This document shows, piece by piece, positions 39,277 to 58,279 of a stretch of 64,000 nucleotides of DNA. The notes beneath the pieces were generated by a model. That model saw only the letters and a program-made list of their open reading frames with translations, was not told the origin of the DNA and did no database searches. Every line of letters starts with the position of its first letter. Position 1 is the first letter of the stretch. This stretch comes from Tubulanus polymorphus (Eukaryota; Animalia; Nemertea). The position numbers and the translations under genes are program-made. The stretch spans positions 4,382,778 to 4,446,777 of the forward strand of contig NC_134030.1 in assembly GCF_964204645.1 (NCBI RefSeq), given 5' to 3'.

Positions 39277-46444
<7,168 letters not shown>

Positions 46445-46764
46445 GACTTTGTTCTATCCGCGCGTTAATAATAATTTAAGGACTTAAACACGACGAACGA
46501 AGTTGAATCAATCAAATCACAAAGTGAAAGTCAGAGTCGAGGTCACACACGACACACACACAGTCAATCTCAATAATCAGTCTCCAACAACAACACAACA
46601 CAGTCACAGAGCTCACTCGATGATCAGTGTTTGAAGATAACGAGTAACAGAGCAATCACTTTTTCCAAGTTTGACGAATTCTAGAATAGCATAGCAGACT
46701 CAAACACTACTGATATCTGAGGTTAACAAATTTGGGAAATTTTGATAAATTTTTACAACCGTTT

Positions 46765-46860
46765 CACTTCCTGGTATGACGTCACTATAACCACGCATCC
46801 TGATTCGTCAATTCAAGGGCGCGGCCTTTCATTCATAGATTTATTTCCAGCAGGTGGCAG
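46765..46860. promoter_or_regulatory. UPP upstream motif cluster
   Basis: ETS-type CACTTCCTG, CRE TGACGTCA at 46777-46784, and CTCF-consensus CCAGCAGGTGGCAG at 46847-46860. Confidence 0.5.
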
Positions 46861-47455
46861 AACCAGACGGTTTGTTATATTCGAGGCTATGCCAGGCGGG
46901 CCAAATCCCGGCGTTTTCCGGCGCTTGCGACTTGAAAGCCGTGCAGCAAACCTGGATCGGATCTAAATGAAAGTTTGGTACAACTGCAAATTTCGAATAG
47001 TAATTTCTGGGCATGGCATTTCATGACTTTTAAAGGCGCGACCACCGGAGGCGACGGCCGCGGGTCAATTCTTGATTTTAAAGGTGCGACCAGTGAGGGC
47101 CACGGGTCAAATCAGCGAATTAACAGCGCCCGGTGACTTAAATTTCCAACATTGAAAAATCATGGGATTCGAGGATTTTATTATAACGAAAAGCTGTTAC
47201 AGCTCGAAGAGTTTTGATCGTCTAAGCCGTCGTGGGTGCGCACCAGTCCGGAACCCGAGGGTATGGACTCAAAATATAGTATTTTTTAAAATAAACTAAA
47301 CTTTTATTCAAAATAAGCCACCAATTAACGTCTGACAATAAACTAAATTGCCAATTCTATGCATAAAACTGATCCAGAGCAACCATCGTGCGGCGTCCGG
47401 TCTCACCGATAAGCCCGGACGATCAACCCGTACAGCTAATATTACAGTAAGGTTT

Positions 47456-48097
47456 TTAATTAGAGGCCTCAGCCTTGTCCTTGGTAGTGTTTCCCTTCGA
47501 ATCGATGACCTCCGCACTATCGGCTGATGGAACCCAAAACGCTTTACATTGTATAATCCACTGGATAAGATGCACGACGAAGAGTCCAATTCCGACTGCG
47601 ATGCTTATTCCATGAAGGGTTAGTCTAACGATGAGTTCGTTTCGACCCATTGCCGGAGTATATCCCACCGTATTGGCGATTTTTGCCCCCTCCGCGCAAA
47701 TTAAAGTCTCGTTGATGGGTTTTTCGACAGGGAAATAACAACGGTACATCATGAAATCAACGGCGATAGCGAATGCGTGCATACCGATCAGTGTAATCGC
47801 TATTTGAGTTCCAAATATCGACAGCACCAGGCATGAGATCATCGGCCGAGTGCAACGATTCTGCGCGCAACGAATACCAAACAATCCCGCCACGGCCGAG
47901 ACTATTGACCCCCACACGCCGATCCCGACGAAGAAAAAGTAAGCTTGAAACGGGATTTTGATGATCGCGTTTATAAATTGCAATACGGAGCCTGCTATTT
48001 GAATTTTCGCGCATCTACCCGACCAGACATGGGCATAGCCAGGCCGAGCAGGCTCATTTTGTTTCGAGCAATCTTCGGGGCATACGCTTTTCGCCAT
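47456..48097 (-). CDS. CD20/MS4A-like four-transmembrane protein, 213 aa, single coding exon
   Basis: Four hydrophobic segments, including GIGVWGSIVSAVAGLFGI and CLVLSIF. An acceptor lies just upstream of the ATG, with a probable 5'UTR exon donor at about 48626 and TATAAA at about 48724-48729. Confidence 0.7.
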   Translation of the reverse strand: MAKSVCPEDCSKQNEPARPGYAHVWSGRCAKIQIAGSVLQFINAIIKIPFQAYFFFVGIGVWGSIVSAVAGLFGIRCAQNRCTRPMISCLVLSIFGTQIAITLIGMHAFAIAVDFMMYRCYFPVEKPINETLICAEGAKIANTVGYTPAMGRNELIVRLTLHGISIAVGIGLFVVHLIQWIIQCKAFWVPSADSAEVIDSKGNTTKDKAEASN

Positions 48098-50092
48098 AGT
48101 CGAATCTGAAAGATGAATTGATAGAAATCAATTACCTTTAAGTCAAGCTGATTTAATTCGGTATAAAATAATTAACAATTTCCGTAATCGCGACGACCCC
48201 GGCCCCCGACCTAAATCAGGTCAGTTGAGACTTGCGTGGCATAATCTTAACAAACAGTTAATCATTAGTCAATTAATGGTGGCTTCAAAATCAAAGTGCC
48301 AAATATAATCTAATTAATTCATATTCTATTGCCCAACAAAAATAATTTGCGTAGAGCTAAACACAAATTTACCAAAAATTGTTTTTAACAAGATGGAAAT
48401 AATATAACAGTAGTTCAAAAGTATTTTAAGCCTTTCTAATATAAAGAACTAAGTCGAGACGAGTTCTCCCTGTAGAATTCATATGTTGGCAGAGTTTTAA
48501 ATGACTTAATACGCAACCGGCATCCCCTTCACGCAAAAAACTGTTACACAACCGCAAAAATTTTGAAAAATTATTACGTTATTCGTCTTTATTCAATGGT
48601 AACTAAATTCAGAAACAAGTGCCTACCTTTCTTTCGGTGACGTATCGCTATGAATTTGAAAGAAGTGACGGACTGATCCAGTTAGATTCTTCGGAAGAAT
48701 GAGTTGAGTAGAGTTGAGTCTCGTTTATACAGCCTTTTTTGTGTATTGACTACATATGAAAAATGACCGAGTTGGAAAAATGTCAATTTATCCATACGTA
48801 TAAAATACGTCATTGCCATTGAAATCAGAACAGTCCTTCAGCGACGCAGCGACCTCGTTTGAAATATGAAAACTCTCATGTTAGATTAATTCTATTCTCA
48901 ACAAACCAGTTTTTATAATGTTGTTGTTGATTCTGTCGCGGTTTTTGGTGATCTATCATTCACATTGACAATATATCATTCGTGTATATACTGGTTTTAT
49001 ACATTTTTTTCTTGGAAATGGAAAAAAGGGGACGACTGAGAATATGTTTTCGACCCGACAATTCTAGGGTAAACCGGCGGGATAATGGTCTTATATCATA
49101 ACTATGAAGTTGACGTGAAACATTCGACACCGGCTAAGTAATTTTTCGTTGCATTTTCCCCAGTGGAAACAACTTTTGAATTAAAGTTCCCGCGACGTAG
49201 AAAAATATCAATCTTTCACTTCTTAATCCTTTTGTCTGATCATTTTTCGTCCGTAATGTTTGGTAATTTGTGAAAATAATTTGGCTGTATATACGCAATC
49301 CGTTTTAATTGGTGTGTTTGCTGTCAGTAATTATTTTGACGCTGGAATTAACGGTTTAAGAAATATCAATTAACGGACGTTGCAATTGATATCGTTGATA
49401 ATATCAATTATTGGTTTTGATAAGGACTAATTAAATGGTCATGTCGGGCCGTTATCAAACTGTCTTACTATTAGTTAGAAGTAGCGCGCCTAATTGGCCG
49501 TGACTGCATGGCATGAAGTGATACAGACGATGGAAATGGCTTCGTACAAGAAAAAATATTTAAAAAATATAAGATATTTAGAAAAAGCTAAATGGAAATG
49601 TACTAAAAATTTCATCAAATGAATCAATGAAAATAGAACAAAATCATTTGAGGATATCTAAGAATTTCTGATCTGATCAAGTTGCACTAGTCGTAAAGAA
49701 TTTGAGAAATTACCTGAAAATTAATTTGAAATGTGATAGGTGGCATTTTAAGCGGTATATTGGAAAATTCTCATGGAAATCCTTTATAATATTTGCCTCT
49801 TGCAGTCATGTAATTGCGTGAACATGAAGGTAACGCGGATATATTTACAATTACGATTCCTCGACTTAATTGACGTGACAAATTACACAATAGCCGAGGC
49901 TTCAGATGGTCTAATAGCGTGCGCGTATAGCACCGATCAAAATGCCTTCCAACCGCGTGCCGTCTTTAATTGGCCCCGACCGATACATCGATGTCAACCG
50001 CGCGATTTAATTGGTCGAATCGGGATGGTGTCTATAATTGATAATTCATCGGTCAAGGAAATACTCAAACTGGTGGCTATTCCGATTTAGGG

Positions 50093-50129
50093 TATATAAG
50101 CAGAAGATGCCTGCCTCGAGGTATCACTT
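50093..50129 (+). promoter_or_regulatory. TATA box plus initiator of the forkhead gene
   Basis: TATATAAG at 50093-50100 and TCACTT at 50124-50129, about 31-33 nt apart. Confidence 0.65.
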
Positions 50130-50172
50130 GCTATTCGAAAGAACAACCAATAACAACAACTACAACTCCGAA

Positions 50173-51546
50173 ATGTCGCTATTCGAGGAATTATCTGATA
50201 TATCGTTTGACTCTTTAATCACCGCTGCAGAATGTACACAACTGGACGATGTAAGACCGACGCTCGACCAACTTTCATCATCGTTGTGTTTCGAGCAAAT
50301 CGACGAGTACAGAAATTTCGAGTGGCTCCAGTCACCGACCGGGTCGACCTGCAGTACGCCCGGTAGTATCATCAGCAACAACAGCGCCGATTCGATATGC
50401 AACTCCGGAGGCAGCGCGAATACGTCGCCGATTTCTCAGTGCAGTTACACCGTTGAAAATCACCAGCAGAACATTCGGGATTATGCGAACGAAGGATATT
50501 TCGGTATCAATGATTTCGTGGACAGTACCACATCAGCGGCCGCCGCCAGTCCGTGTTCAAGTGTTACCAGTAGCGTAATTTCCGCTACCACGCATCTGGA
50601 GTCAAAAGATATTCGCGACTCGAATAATAGCATCGATGCGGGCGTTGACTTAAAAAAACCTGAACATTCGTACGTCGCCCTGATTGCGAAAGCAATTTTG
50701 AGCCTCCCAGAGCGTCGTATGTTACTGGGTGATATTTACCAGTACGTAATGGACAATTTTCCGTATTACAATAACAAAGAACGAGCGTGGAGAAACAGTA
50801 TTCGACACAATCTATCTTTGAACGAGTGTTTCGTGAAAGCCGGTAAATCAGAAACTGGTAAGGGCAACTACTGGGCCATCCATCCGGCGTGTTACGACGA
50901 GTTTGTTCGGGGTGATTACAGGAAAAGAAACGCTAGACGACGGGCTAGACCTCGTTACGCTTACGGAGCTAATCGCATGTCGGCGGCGGAAAGGGGGTAT
51001 GTACCGATGAAAAGTTACCCGGGACGCTCGACGATCGCTTATCATCCGTACGCCGCTAATTCGACACCTGTGCGCCCAACTCCTCCGCCGTCCGAAAGTC
51101 TATCGCAGATCGTCGCCGCGTGTCGTCGACTTTCACCGGTTCCAAGCGATCAGGACCTGCCGCCTCAACAACAACCGCCGTTCGTTCAACGACAATCATC
51201 AGCAGCGGCGCCTCCTAATGTTACTGTTGCTCGTCAGAACCAACACCCGTACAACAGGGCGTCAAGATATTTCAGCAACGACAATAGTGCTTCCTCGAGT
51301 CACCCGATGACATATCCGATGCGACAGCAACACCAACAACAGCAGCAGCAGCAGCAGTGGCAGTCAGCAACTTTCGCCACGTTCCATTTCGGAAATTCAT
51401 CAAACAACATGGATTTACAAAATTATTATCAACCCGCGCAGCAGCCGCAGCAGCAGCAGCAGCAGCCGCCAGTTGTTGCTAATAACAGCAAGACCAATGT
51501 GAATACATTCGACTGGAGCGCACTCGGCTATCTCTCCGAATTGTGA
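50173..51546 (+). CDS. FoxQ2: Forkhead box protein, FoxQ2-type, intronless, about 457 aa
   Basis: Forkhead domain KPEHSYVALIAKAILS...WRNSIRHNLSLNECFVKAG...GKGNYWAIHPAC...GDYRKRNARRRAR. The WAIHPA..GDY ending is FoxQ2-like. The start is placed at the first ATG after the TATA/Inr. PolyQ tracts; AATAAA near 51746. Confidence 0.85.
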   Translation: MSLFEELSDISFDSLITAAECTQLDDVRPTLDQLSSSLCFEQIDEYRNFEWLQSPTGSTCSTPGSIISNNSADSICNSGGSANTSPISQCSYTVENHQQNIRDYANEGYFGINDFVDSTTSAAAASPCSSVTSSVISATTHLESKDIRDSNNSIDAGVDLKKPEHSYVALIAKAILSLPERRMLLGDIYQYVMDNFPYYNNKERAWRNSIRHNLSLNECFVKAGKSETGKGNYWAIHPACYDEFVRGDYRKRNARRRARPRYAYGANRMSAAERGYVPMKSYPGRSTIAYHPYAANSTPVRPTPPPSESLSQIVAACRRLSPVPSDQDLPPQQQPPFVQRQSSAAAPPNVTVARQNQHPYNRASRYFSNDNSASSSHPMTYPMRQQHQQQQQQQQWQSATFATFHFGNSSNNMDLQNYYQPAQQPQQQQQQPPVVANNSKTNVNTFDWSALGYLSEL

Positions 51547-52216
51547 AATGTGAATAGTGACTATAAAAAACTATATTGACAATTTAATTTATCATAACTT
51601 ATAACTTATTATCTAAGTAATGTGCTAACATAGTATTTCAAACTGCCAAAAACTTTAAAGTCAAAATGTAAAATTTGTAGATACACTTGTCATGTATTCG
51701 ATGTTTTGTGACCAACGTTCAACGTTATAAGTTCTTAAAAGTGTAAATAAATTTTAGAAATAATTGTTCTGAAAATTTGACGTTTGTAAAGTATGTGTTT
51801 ATAACTGGGTTTTAAGTCATCAAGGATCACAGGTTTAGAATCGGTTACCCTCCGTCAATTAATTATAGATCATGTTTGAATCTCATAATTTTTATTGAAT
51901 GGTATGAATCGGTTGCTATACGATCAAATTAACAAATTAGAATTCTGTCGTGTATCAGGTGCAATTCTTATTTCATCCTGGATACGTGGATTGGTTACGT
52001 ATTGTGGGTGTGGCATGCTGAGCCCCGGTCGTATTCATATCTAAACTGCGGCGTAAGAGTTTTTCAAAAGCGCGCCATTCACTCAGCCGATGGTAGCAAT
52101 TATCTTCAGGATGTTGCGCGTCGTGAGTCGGACGAAATGACATAGAAACACAGAGCGGTCTCCCGTCACAGAGATGCCAATGAACATTCTGTTGGGACTC
52201 AAGAAGTAGACTGAAC

Positions 52217-52432
52217 AAGATAAAAACCCACTATCTACAGATTGAAAGAATTTAAAAAACAAGAATTTATTTATTCAATCTAAAATGTATAGAATAATCT
52301 CTGATATCGAAACGCCGTGTATTCTTTAGATTGAATAAAGAAATTCTTGTTTTTTAAATTCTTTTAATCTGTAGATAGTGGGTTTTTATTCTATTATCCG
52401 TTCACCACGTTTGAGTGTGGTTATCGTTCTAT
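52217..52432 (+). mobile_element. Short Penelope-like retroelement insertion, copy 2
   Basis: 13-bp TSD aagtagactgaac (52204-52216 and 52433-52445), inverted arms, the same 3' tail as copy 1, and the 3' half of the hammerhead (gatatcGAAAcgccgtgt). Confidence 0.75.
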
Positions 52433-52774
52433 AAGTAGACTGAACGTCTTGACAAATTTTTGTTCACTTGGACCATTGGAACTCCGTAATAATCGGGTTC
52501 GACCCGTACATGGGGAAAGAATTTTTTGAAATTTGTAGTTTTGTGGTGATGTTCAGAGAGCTAATATTAGTACACTTGCCATTGACTGGCACTTATATTC
52601 TTCGAAGAAAATGGATTTTAACAATAAAATATTTTTTTGGATTGAATTGCAGTGGTTGATAAATAATATGACCCGGAGAAGTCATATGAGACTGGGATTC
52701 CCCAATTTGCCAATAAATAGACAAGGAACAATTTGATTATTTGATTGAGGACCAGTAGCCAGTAATTAGTGAGG

Positions 52775-55307
52775 ATGGCAGCTCCGCCAACTTACAACGA
52801 TGCTGTTGGATATCCAGGCCAAGGACAGCCACAACAACCAGGTACGGGAGACTAAAAGTTTGCCGAAAACAGACCGAGACAAATTTGAAAAATAAGAATT
52901 CTAGTCATTTTTTATTCCGTACGTGTAGGTTGACAGGTAGTAATAGAATTAAGTTTGTTTTCCAGCATACGGAGGTTATGCTCCACCACCTCAACCCGGA
53001 TACGGCCAGGCAGCAGTTCTACCTCCTGGCAGTGGGTACGCTGGTGGATACCCTCCGCAACAAGGCGGCTACAAGCCTCCTAACGCCAGCGGCTATGGCA
53101 CTCAGTACGGTGGTCAAACAAATTACGACAACCAAAGTAAGCAGTGAAATTATTTTTCATCAGTGCAGAAGCAAGATCAATTATCTCAGGGTAGAGGCTA
53201 GAGTTAGGACTTCCCCTGGCAGGAAATATTTTGCAGCGCGAAACAACAGAAAACATTTAAGATTTTTGTCGATATCATTTTTCAGGTTATGGTGAACCGT
53301 TACCGGATGTAAACACCCAACCTGTGTCCAGCAGTGAGGGGCAGGACGAGAGTGATTTTGGTGAAAATTTTGGACGCTCGCTTAGCGACAAGGCAATTAG
53401 GCGCGCTTTTATAAGAAAGGTGGGTCTAATTTGATAACAACTGATGCCTGTTTACAATGCGTTTATCATAACTCGTGATATATTTTTTACAAATTTTAGG
53501 TATATTTGATTTTGACGGCACAACTTTCTGTAACAGTTGCGTTTATAGCTCTGTTCCTATTTGTGTAAGTGTTACTGTTTCACTATTGATCGATGAGAAT
53601 TTATATGAATCTATTCCTAATGTACAAACGTATCATTTACAGGCAACCATTGAAAGATTGGGTCAGGCGTAATTCATGGTTTTATTATTTGTCGTAGTAA
53701 GTTTCACTGTAACGGATCCCTCAGCTTGAGCATTTTCTACATCATATTGTCAAATGAAAAAACTCTTTACGAGTCATGTTTGTATTTTTTCAGTGCCACA
53801 TTTCTGGTTACTTACATCACGTTGATTTGCTGCCCTTCGGTCAGGTACGAACTCAGTAATTAAAATGATCAGTCGGTAATTTTAAAAAAGATATTTTCGA
53901 AATGGCACCCGTCCTTCATATTTTTGATGGAATATACATTTCAGGAGGAAAACACCAGGAAACTTCATTTGCCTTGCTGTCTTTGTAAGTAGTGCGTTCC
54001 AATTTCAGGCCAGTTCTCAAAAGTCGGTTAAGTTTACCAGTGGATAAGTTCTTCCCCAATGGTAAAGAACTTAATATAACTCCATGGGTCAGTTAATTCT
54101 AACCACTGGTAACCAGTGTTTAAAGTTTTAAGCAACCCAATTCAACCAATGGTTTAACTCTAAACCGATAGTTAATGATTTAAAAATTCAACCAATTTTT
54201 GAGCAACCAGACCCTGGCTTGTTAAGAATTTATAAACTCTTAGTTTACAATACCCAGGAATGTTTCTTTCTCATTTGTTATAGACGTTTGCCTTTTCATA
54301 CATGACGGCAACGATCACTAGTTTCTATGATACTGAAATCGTCCTGATTGCTGCAGGTATCACTTGTCTCGTTTGCCTGTCAATCACTCTATTCGCCGTT
54401 CAAACAAAGGTAAATATCGTAAGAACTCAGTATTTACTTACTCATTTCTTTCGTTCTTCAGCAAAATTTGAAAGCTTGAATTTTGAAGTAAATTAGGTTG
54501 ATCATAGCTCGGTGAAGCTGATAACCCTTTACTTTACAGATACTGAACATGCATGTGCCTCGCACCGACAGCTTTAAGACATTATCATTGTCATCATTAT
54601 TATCAATGTATGAATCAATTGATTAATGTATATATTTTAGTTCGATTTCACGATGTGTGCTGGATTACTGTTTGCCTGCAGTATGGTATTGTTCTTCTTC
54701 GGAATCGCTTGTTTCATCGTTTATATGACGGTTGGTTATTCACACGTAAGTGCTCGGATATCACGTTATTTCTACTTTCAGCATTTTCTTCATAACTGAA
54801 CGTGATAAAATAGATAATAAATAATAACTTTTATTTTCCCTCGAATTACAACACGATTATACATACAAAGTTATATAAAAGAATACAAGGGTACTGTTAT
54901 ATATAAGTGTCATCATGGGCGCATAGACTAGTGTTAAGGTCTAGTCTATACGTCCATGGTAATAGGTGTAGTATACAGTAAGCTGAATAGTGAGCAATGT
55001 TTTTACATTTTACAGATATTGAATTGCGTCTATGCTGGTTTAGCAGCAATGCTTTTCTGTTTGGTAAGCATTCTCAATCTCAAACAATTTCGAGAAAGAT
55101 TCGCCCTACAATTGATATCATGAATTATATCAAATTTAATTTCCTATCGCATTTTAGTTCCTGGCATTCGACACGCAGATGGTGATCGGAGGAAAGAAGT
55201 ACCAATTGAGTGAGGAGGAATACATATTTGGAGCGCTCCAACTGTATCTCGACATCGTTTATATTTTCCTCATGTTGCTCTCGCTCGTCGGAGCGGGAAA
55301 AAATTAA
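52775..55307 (+). CDS. Protein lifeguard (TMBIM; GRINA/FAIM2-like), about 336 aa, 11 exons
   Basis: Exons 52775-52841, 52966-53136, 53286-53419, 53500-53564, 53643-53696, 53794-53844, 53945-53984, 54284-54409, 54641-54745, 55016-55063, 55158-55307 (1011 nt). Pro/Gly/Tyr-rich N-terminus, DKAIRRAFIRKVYLIL, QTKFDFT, FLAFDTQ, EEYIFGALQLYLDIVYIF. Confidence 0.93.
54008..54213. mobile_element. Harbinger-like MITE in a lifeguard intron
   Basis: Ends ggccagttctcaaaagtcggtt ... aaccaatttttgagcaaccagacc. Confidence 0.5.
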
Positions 55308-57026
55308 AAATTGCGCTGTCAAACAAAGTATTTTCCATATTAAGTAGTTTGTTCTTCAATCAAAAATCAATAAGGTTACTCTGTGCATTGATTGCTACCA
55401 CCAATTTGTACGTGTACGCAATACACATTATATGTTGATCGTTATGATAATGCATGAGTCATAGATGAAATTAATTATCGCTGTTCTATCATTAGTGTCG
55501 ATTTGATAATATTTGAGGTTTTCTAGCTGGAAATATATCGTAATCCACTTATTTATTGTTGAAGTTATGATATATGTACATACGTAGGACCATTCATTCA
55601 AGAAGCTTCTGAAGTATTACCGTGTGGTCCTCTGGCATTGAATGTTGGTTAGTTGTTTTCAGTAAATGGAATTTGAGCATAAACTGTTGCAGAAATGAGT
55701 TATCAATACTGTTAGATGTGTAGGATTTTGATGAAGTCATTGTACAGGTCATCAGTACTAACAAGGCATATTTGTATCCATTATATTATTAATAATTCAT
55801 TATTCAATTATGATATAATAATAATATTGATAATAAAATTTATATAGCGCGATAATTCCATGTGAAAAAGCAAAGTTCAAAGTTCAAATTATTCATCAAT
55901 TATCTACGAGTATACGTAATACTGAATAATTATTGAAAAAGCATTGACCTAAGAATTAAGGTATTTCTTTCATATAAAAATTACATTTAATATTCATATC
56001 CACTTTCAATAAAGGATTGGCATGACTAATATTCACTTATAAGCATTCCACATTGATAGAGGTGAATATTTGGTAACACTAAGCTATTGTCTAGTGTGGA
56101 CTGGTGTTGTCTAAAGTGTATTCTATCTGTCCGTGCAATTCGTATTGGTTTTTGTTTTGATATGATTCATAAAAATATGTAAAAATCTAACAATGAGATT
56201 AAAAAGGCCATTCACAAAATACGTACTAATCCATAAAAGGTTTATCACTTCTCCCGGTGCCAATGCGTAGAATTATGTTCATGGGAGGCTTGAAATTCAG
56301 GTACCGTATATTTTGAGTATAAATACAATGAGATGAGTAGTGCTATATAGGTTAATTATCTTATTTGAAGATACTATACATTAGTAAAGAAAGCTCATGC
56401 GTCAAATGAAATAGTACTACTCAATATCATCTTGTTGTATTTTTATTCTACACACGGCTAACACAGCTCCTCCATCTATATTTTGAGTATGTTCTTCATA
56501 TGAACGGCCTAATGAAATTTGGTCACCATTTCTACATTAGTTTTACATGGGGGGATGCTGAAATTCATTGGCATTTAGGATCTTGAATCTTCCAGAAATC
56601 ACTTCAATTGGGGAATCAAAATCAAATTCATACATTTACTTGTTTGGATGCTACATTTTTTCAGCATTCCCATAATTGGGGGTTACATCAGGGATTTAAA
56701 TCAGTGTTGTACACATATATCATTGACGATATTGATATATAAAACATTGGGATTTTATGATCATGCTTGTCTACTAATAAATATTTGTTTGTTTAACTGT
56801 ATGTACAATAATTTTAGTTGTTCATTTTGTGATGCAGCTTCCCGTTTACCATTCAGAACATGCAAATAAGAGATATCAGTTTTACTTTTTCCAAGTTCCT
56901 GGGTCATCCTACGTATACGTATTCAATCCCTGAAGGCATCCTCCCACGACAAGGAGTCGCGGTACCCTCGGGTTTGAAACCCAGCCGAGTGTGACCCGAG
57001 GATGCATGTAAAATTGTCCAAGGTAA

Positions 57027-57228
57027 GGCTAAAGAAATACCTTGTTTCTCGTTTCTGCTTGGCTTATAAGTTGAGCTGGCTGCCGGTCTTACCCTGTACA
57101 TTACTTTTATTTAAATCATGATCAATTTTACCGTAACACACTCGGCAGCTAGTAATGAACTGATTTTATTGCGGTTTACAAAATGACGTGGCCGATTGGG
57201 AGAAACAAGGTATCATTTTTGTTCAGCC
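57027..57228. mobile_element. PIF/Harbinger MITE with TAA TSD
   Basis: taa|ggctaaagaaataccttgtttctc ... gagaaacaaggtatcatttttgttcagcc|taa. Confidence 0.8.
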
Positions 57229-58279
57229 TAATTGGATAAATTCATGAAGATTGGAATCAAGGAACATTGACTGAGAAAACAATATGTAATTCAAGGAAAG
57301 GTTTCGCCTATATTTTCAATACAATCTAATAACTACAAAATAGTATTCAAATAGCTAAAATAGTAGGTAGACTTTACATGTATGTTCACATATACGTTTA
57401 GGTGAGTTATTTCATCTTAGATCAGAATACGAGAAAAGTTAAATCCTTTATTACAAAACTGTAAGATAAGAATAACATTTTACCAACAAGTACCAGTATT
57501 ATTTCTTGTATTTATTTCCTGAGATAAAATCCTAATAGAAAACGTACTATGTGACCGCTAGTAAATTAATTGTAAATCTAATACAATTCACCCAGCTGCA
57601 TAGATTAAAGTGAACAATATTCTATAATTGATTTCAAAAATCTTAAATAATTAGTCTCCGAGTTGATTTAGATCACCCAAAAAATGGAGTTGGAATTGGC
57701 ACATACGTAGTATGCATTTTCAATACATATTATTAGCACATTGTAAAATGAATTATCGTAACATTTTATGCATGTCAATCTTTTTAACAAATTTTATTTA
57801 GCATTAGATAGACAATACATGTATCATTTTCAGACAAACCTATCTTAAATATGATAGACATGAGAAAAGTGTGTAAGAACTACATAAAAGATGAGTTTGC
57901 AAAATTGATTGATGAGTTTTCTCCGTAAATACTCTAGAGAGATTTACTCTGAGATTTATGTTGTATAGTATAAATCTATCACAAATTTCTTGATTTCAAT
58001 AATGAATGGACTGAACCCGAATATTTGCATAATACAAACTGTCATGGTAGCACCGCATTCAATTCAAAAATGACAAAAACTCAACCAGCGAAATGAATAT
58101 AATTGAACGTTCTAATCTCAATTTTCGCAATAGATAAAGGGAATAGATTTACAGAATAATCCATTACCACAAGTCATCATTATGTGTAAAAGGAAATACA
58201 ATTTCACTAAAAATAATTCCTATTATTGGAATAAAAACATGGGTACTTTGTAAGTTTAAGTGGAATAAGGTTTTTTTTT

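Noticed and set aside
50038-50172. N-terminal extension of the 502-aa forkhead ORF
   Set aside because: It begins at a non-ATG codon and overlaps the TATA box and initiator. The ATG at 50173 is more plausible.
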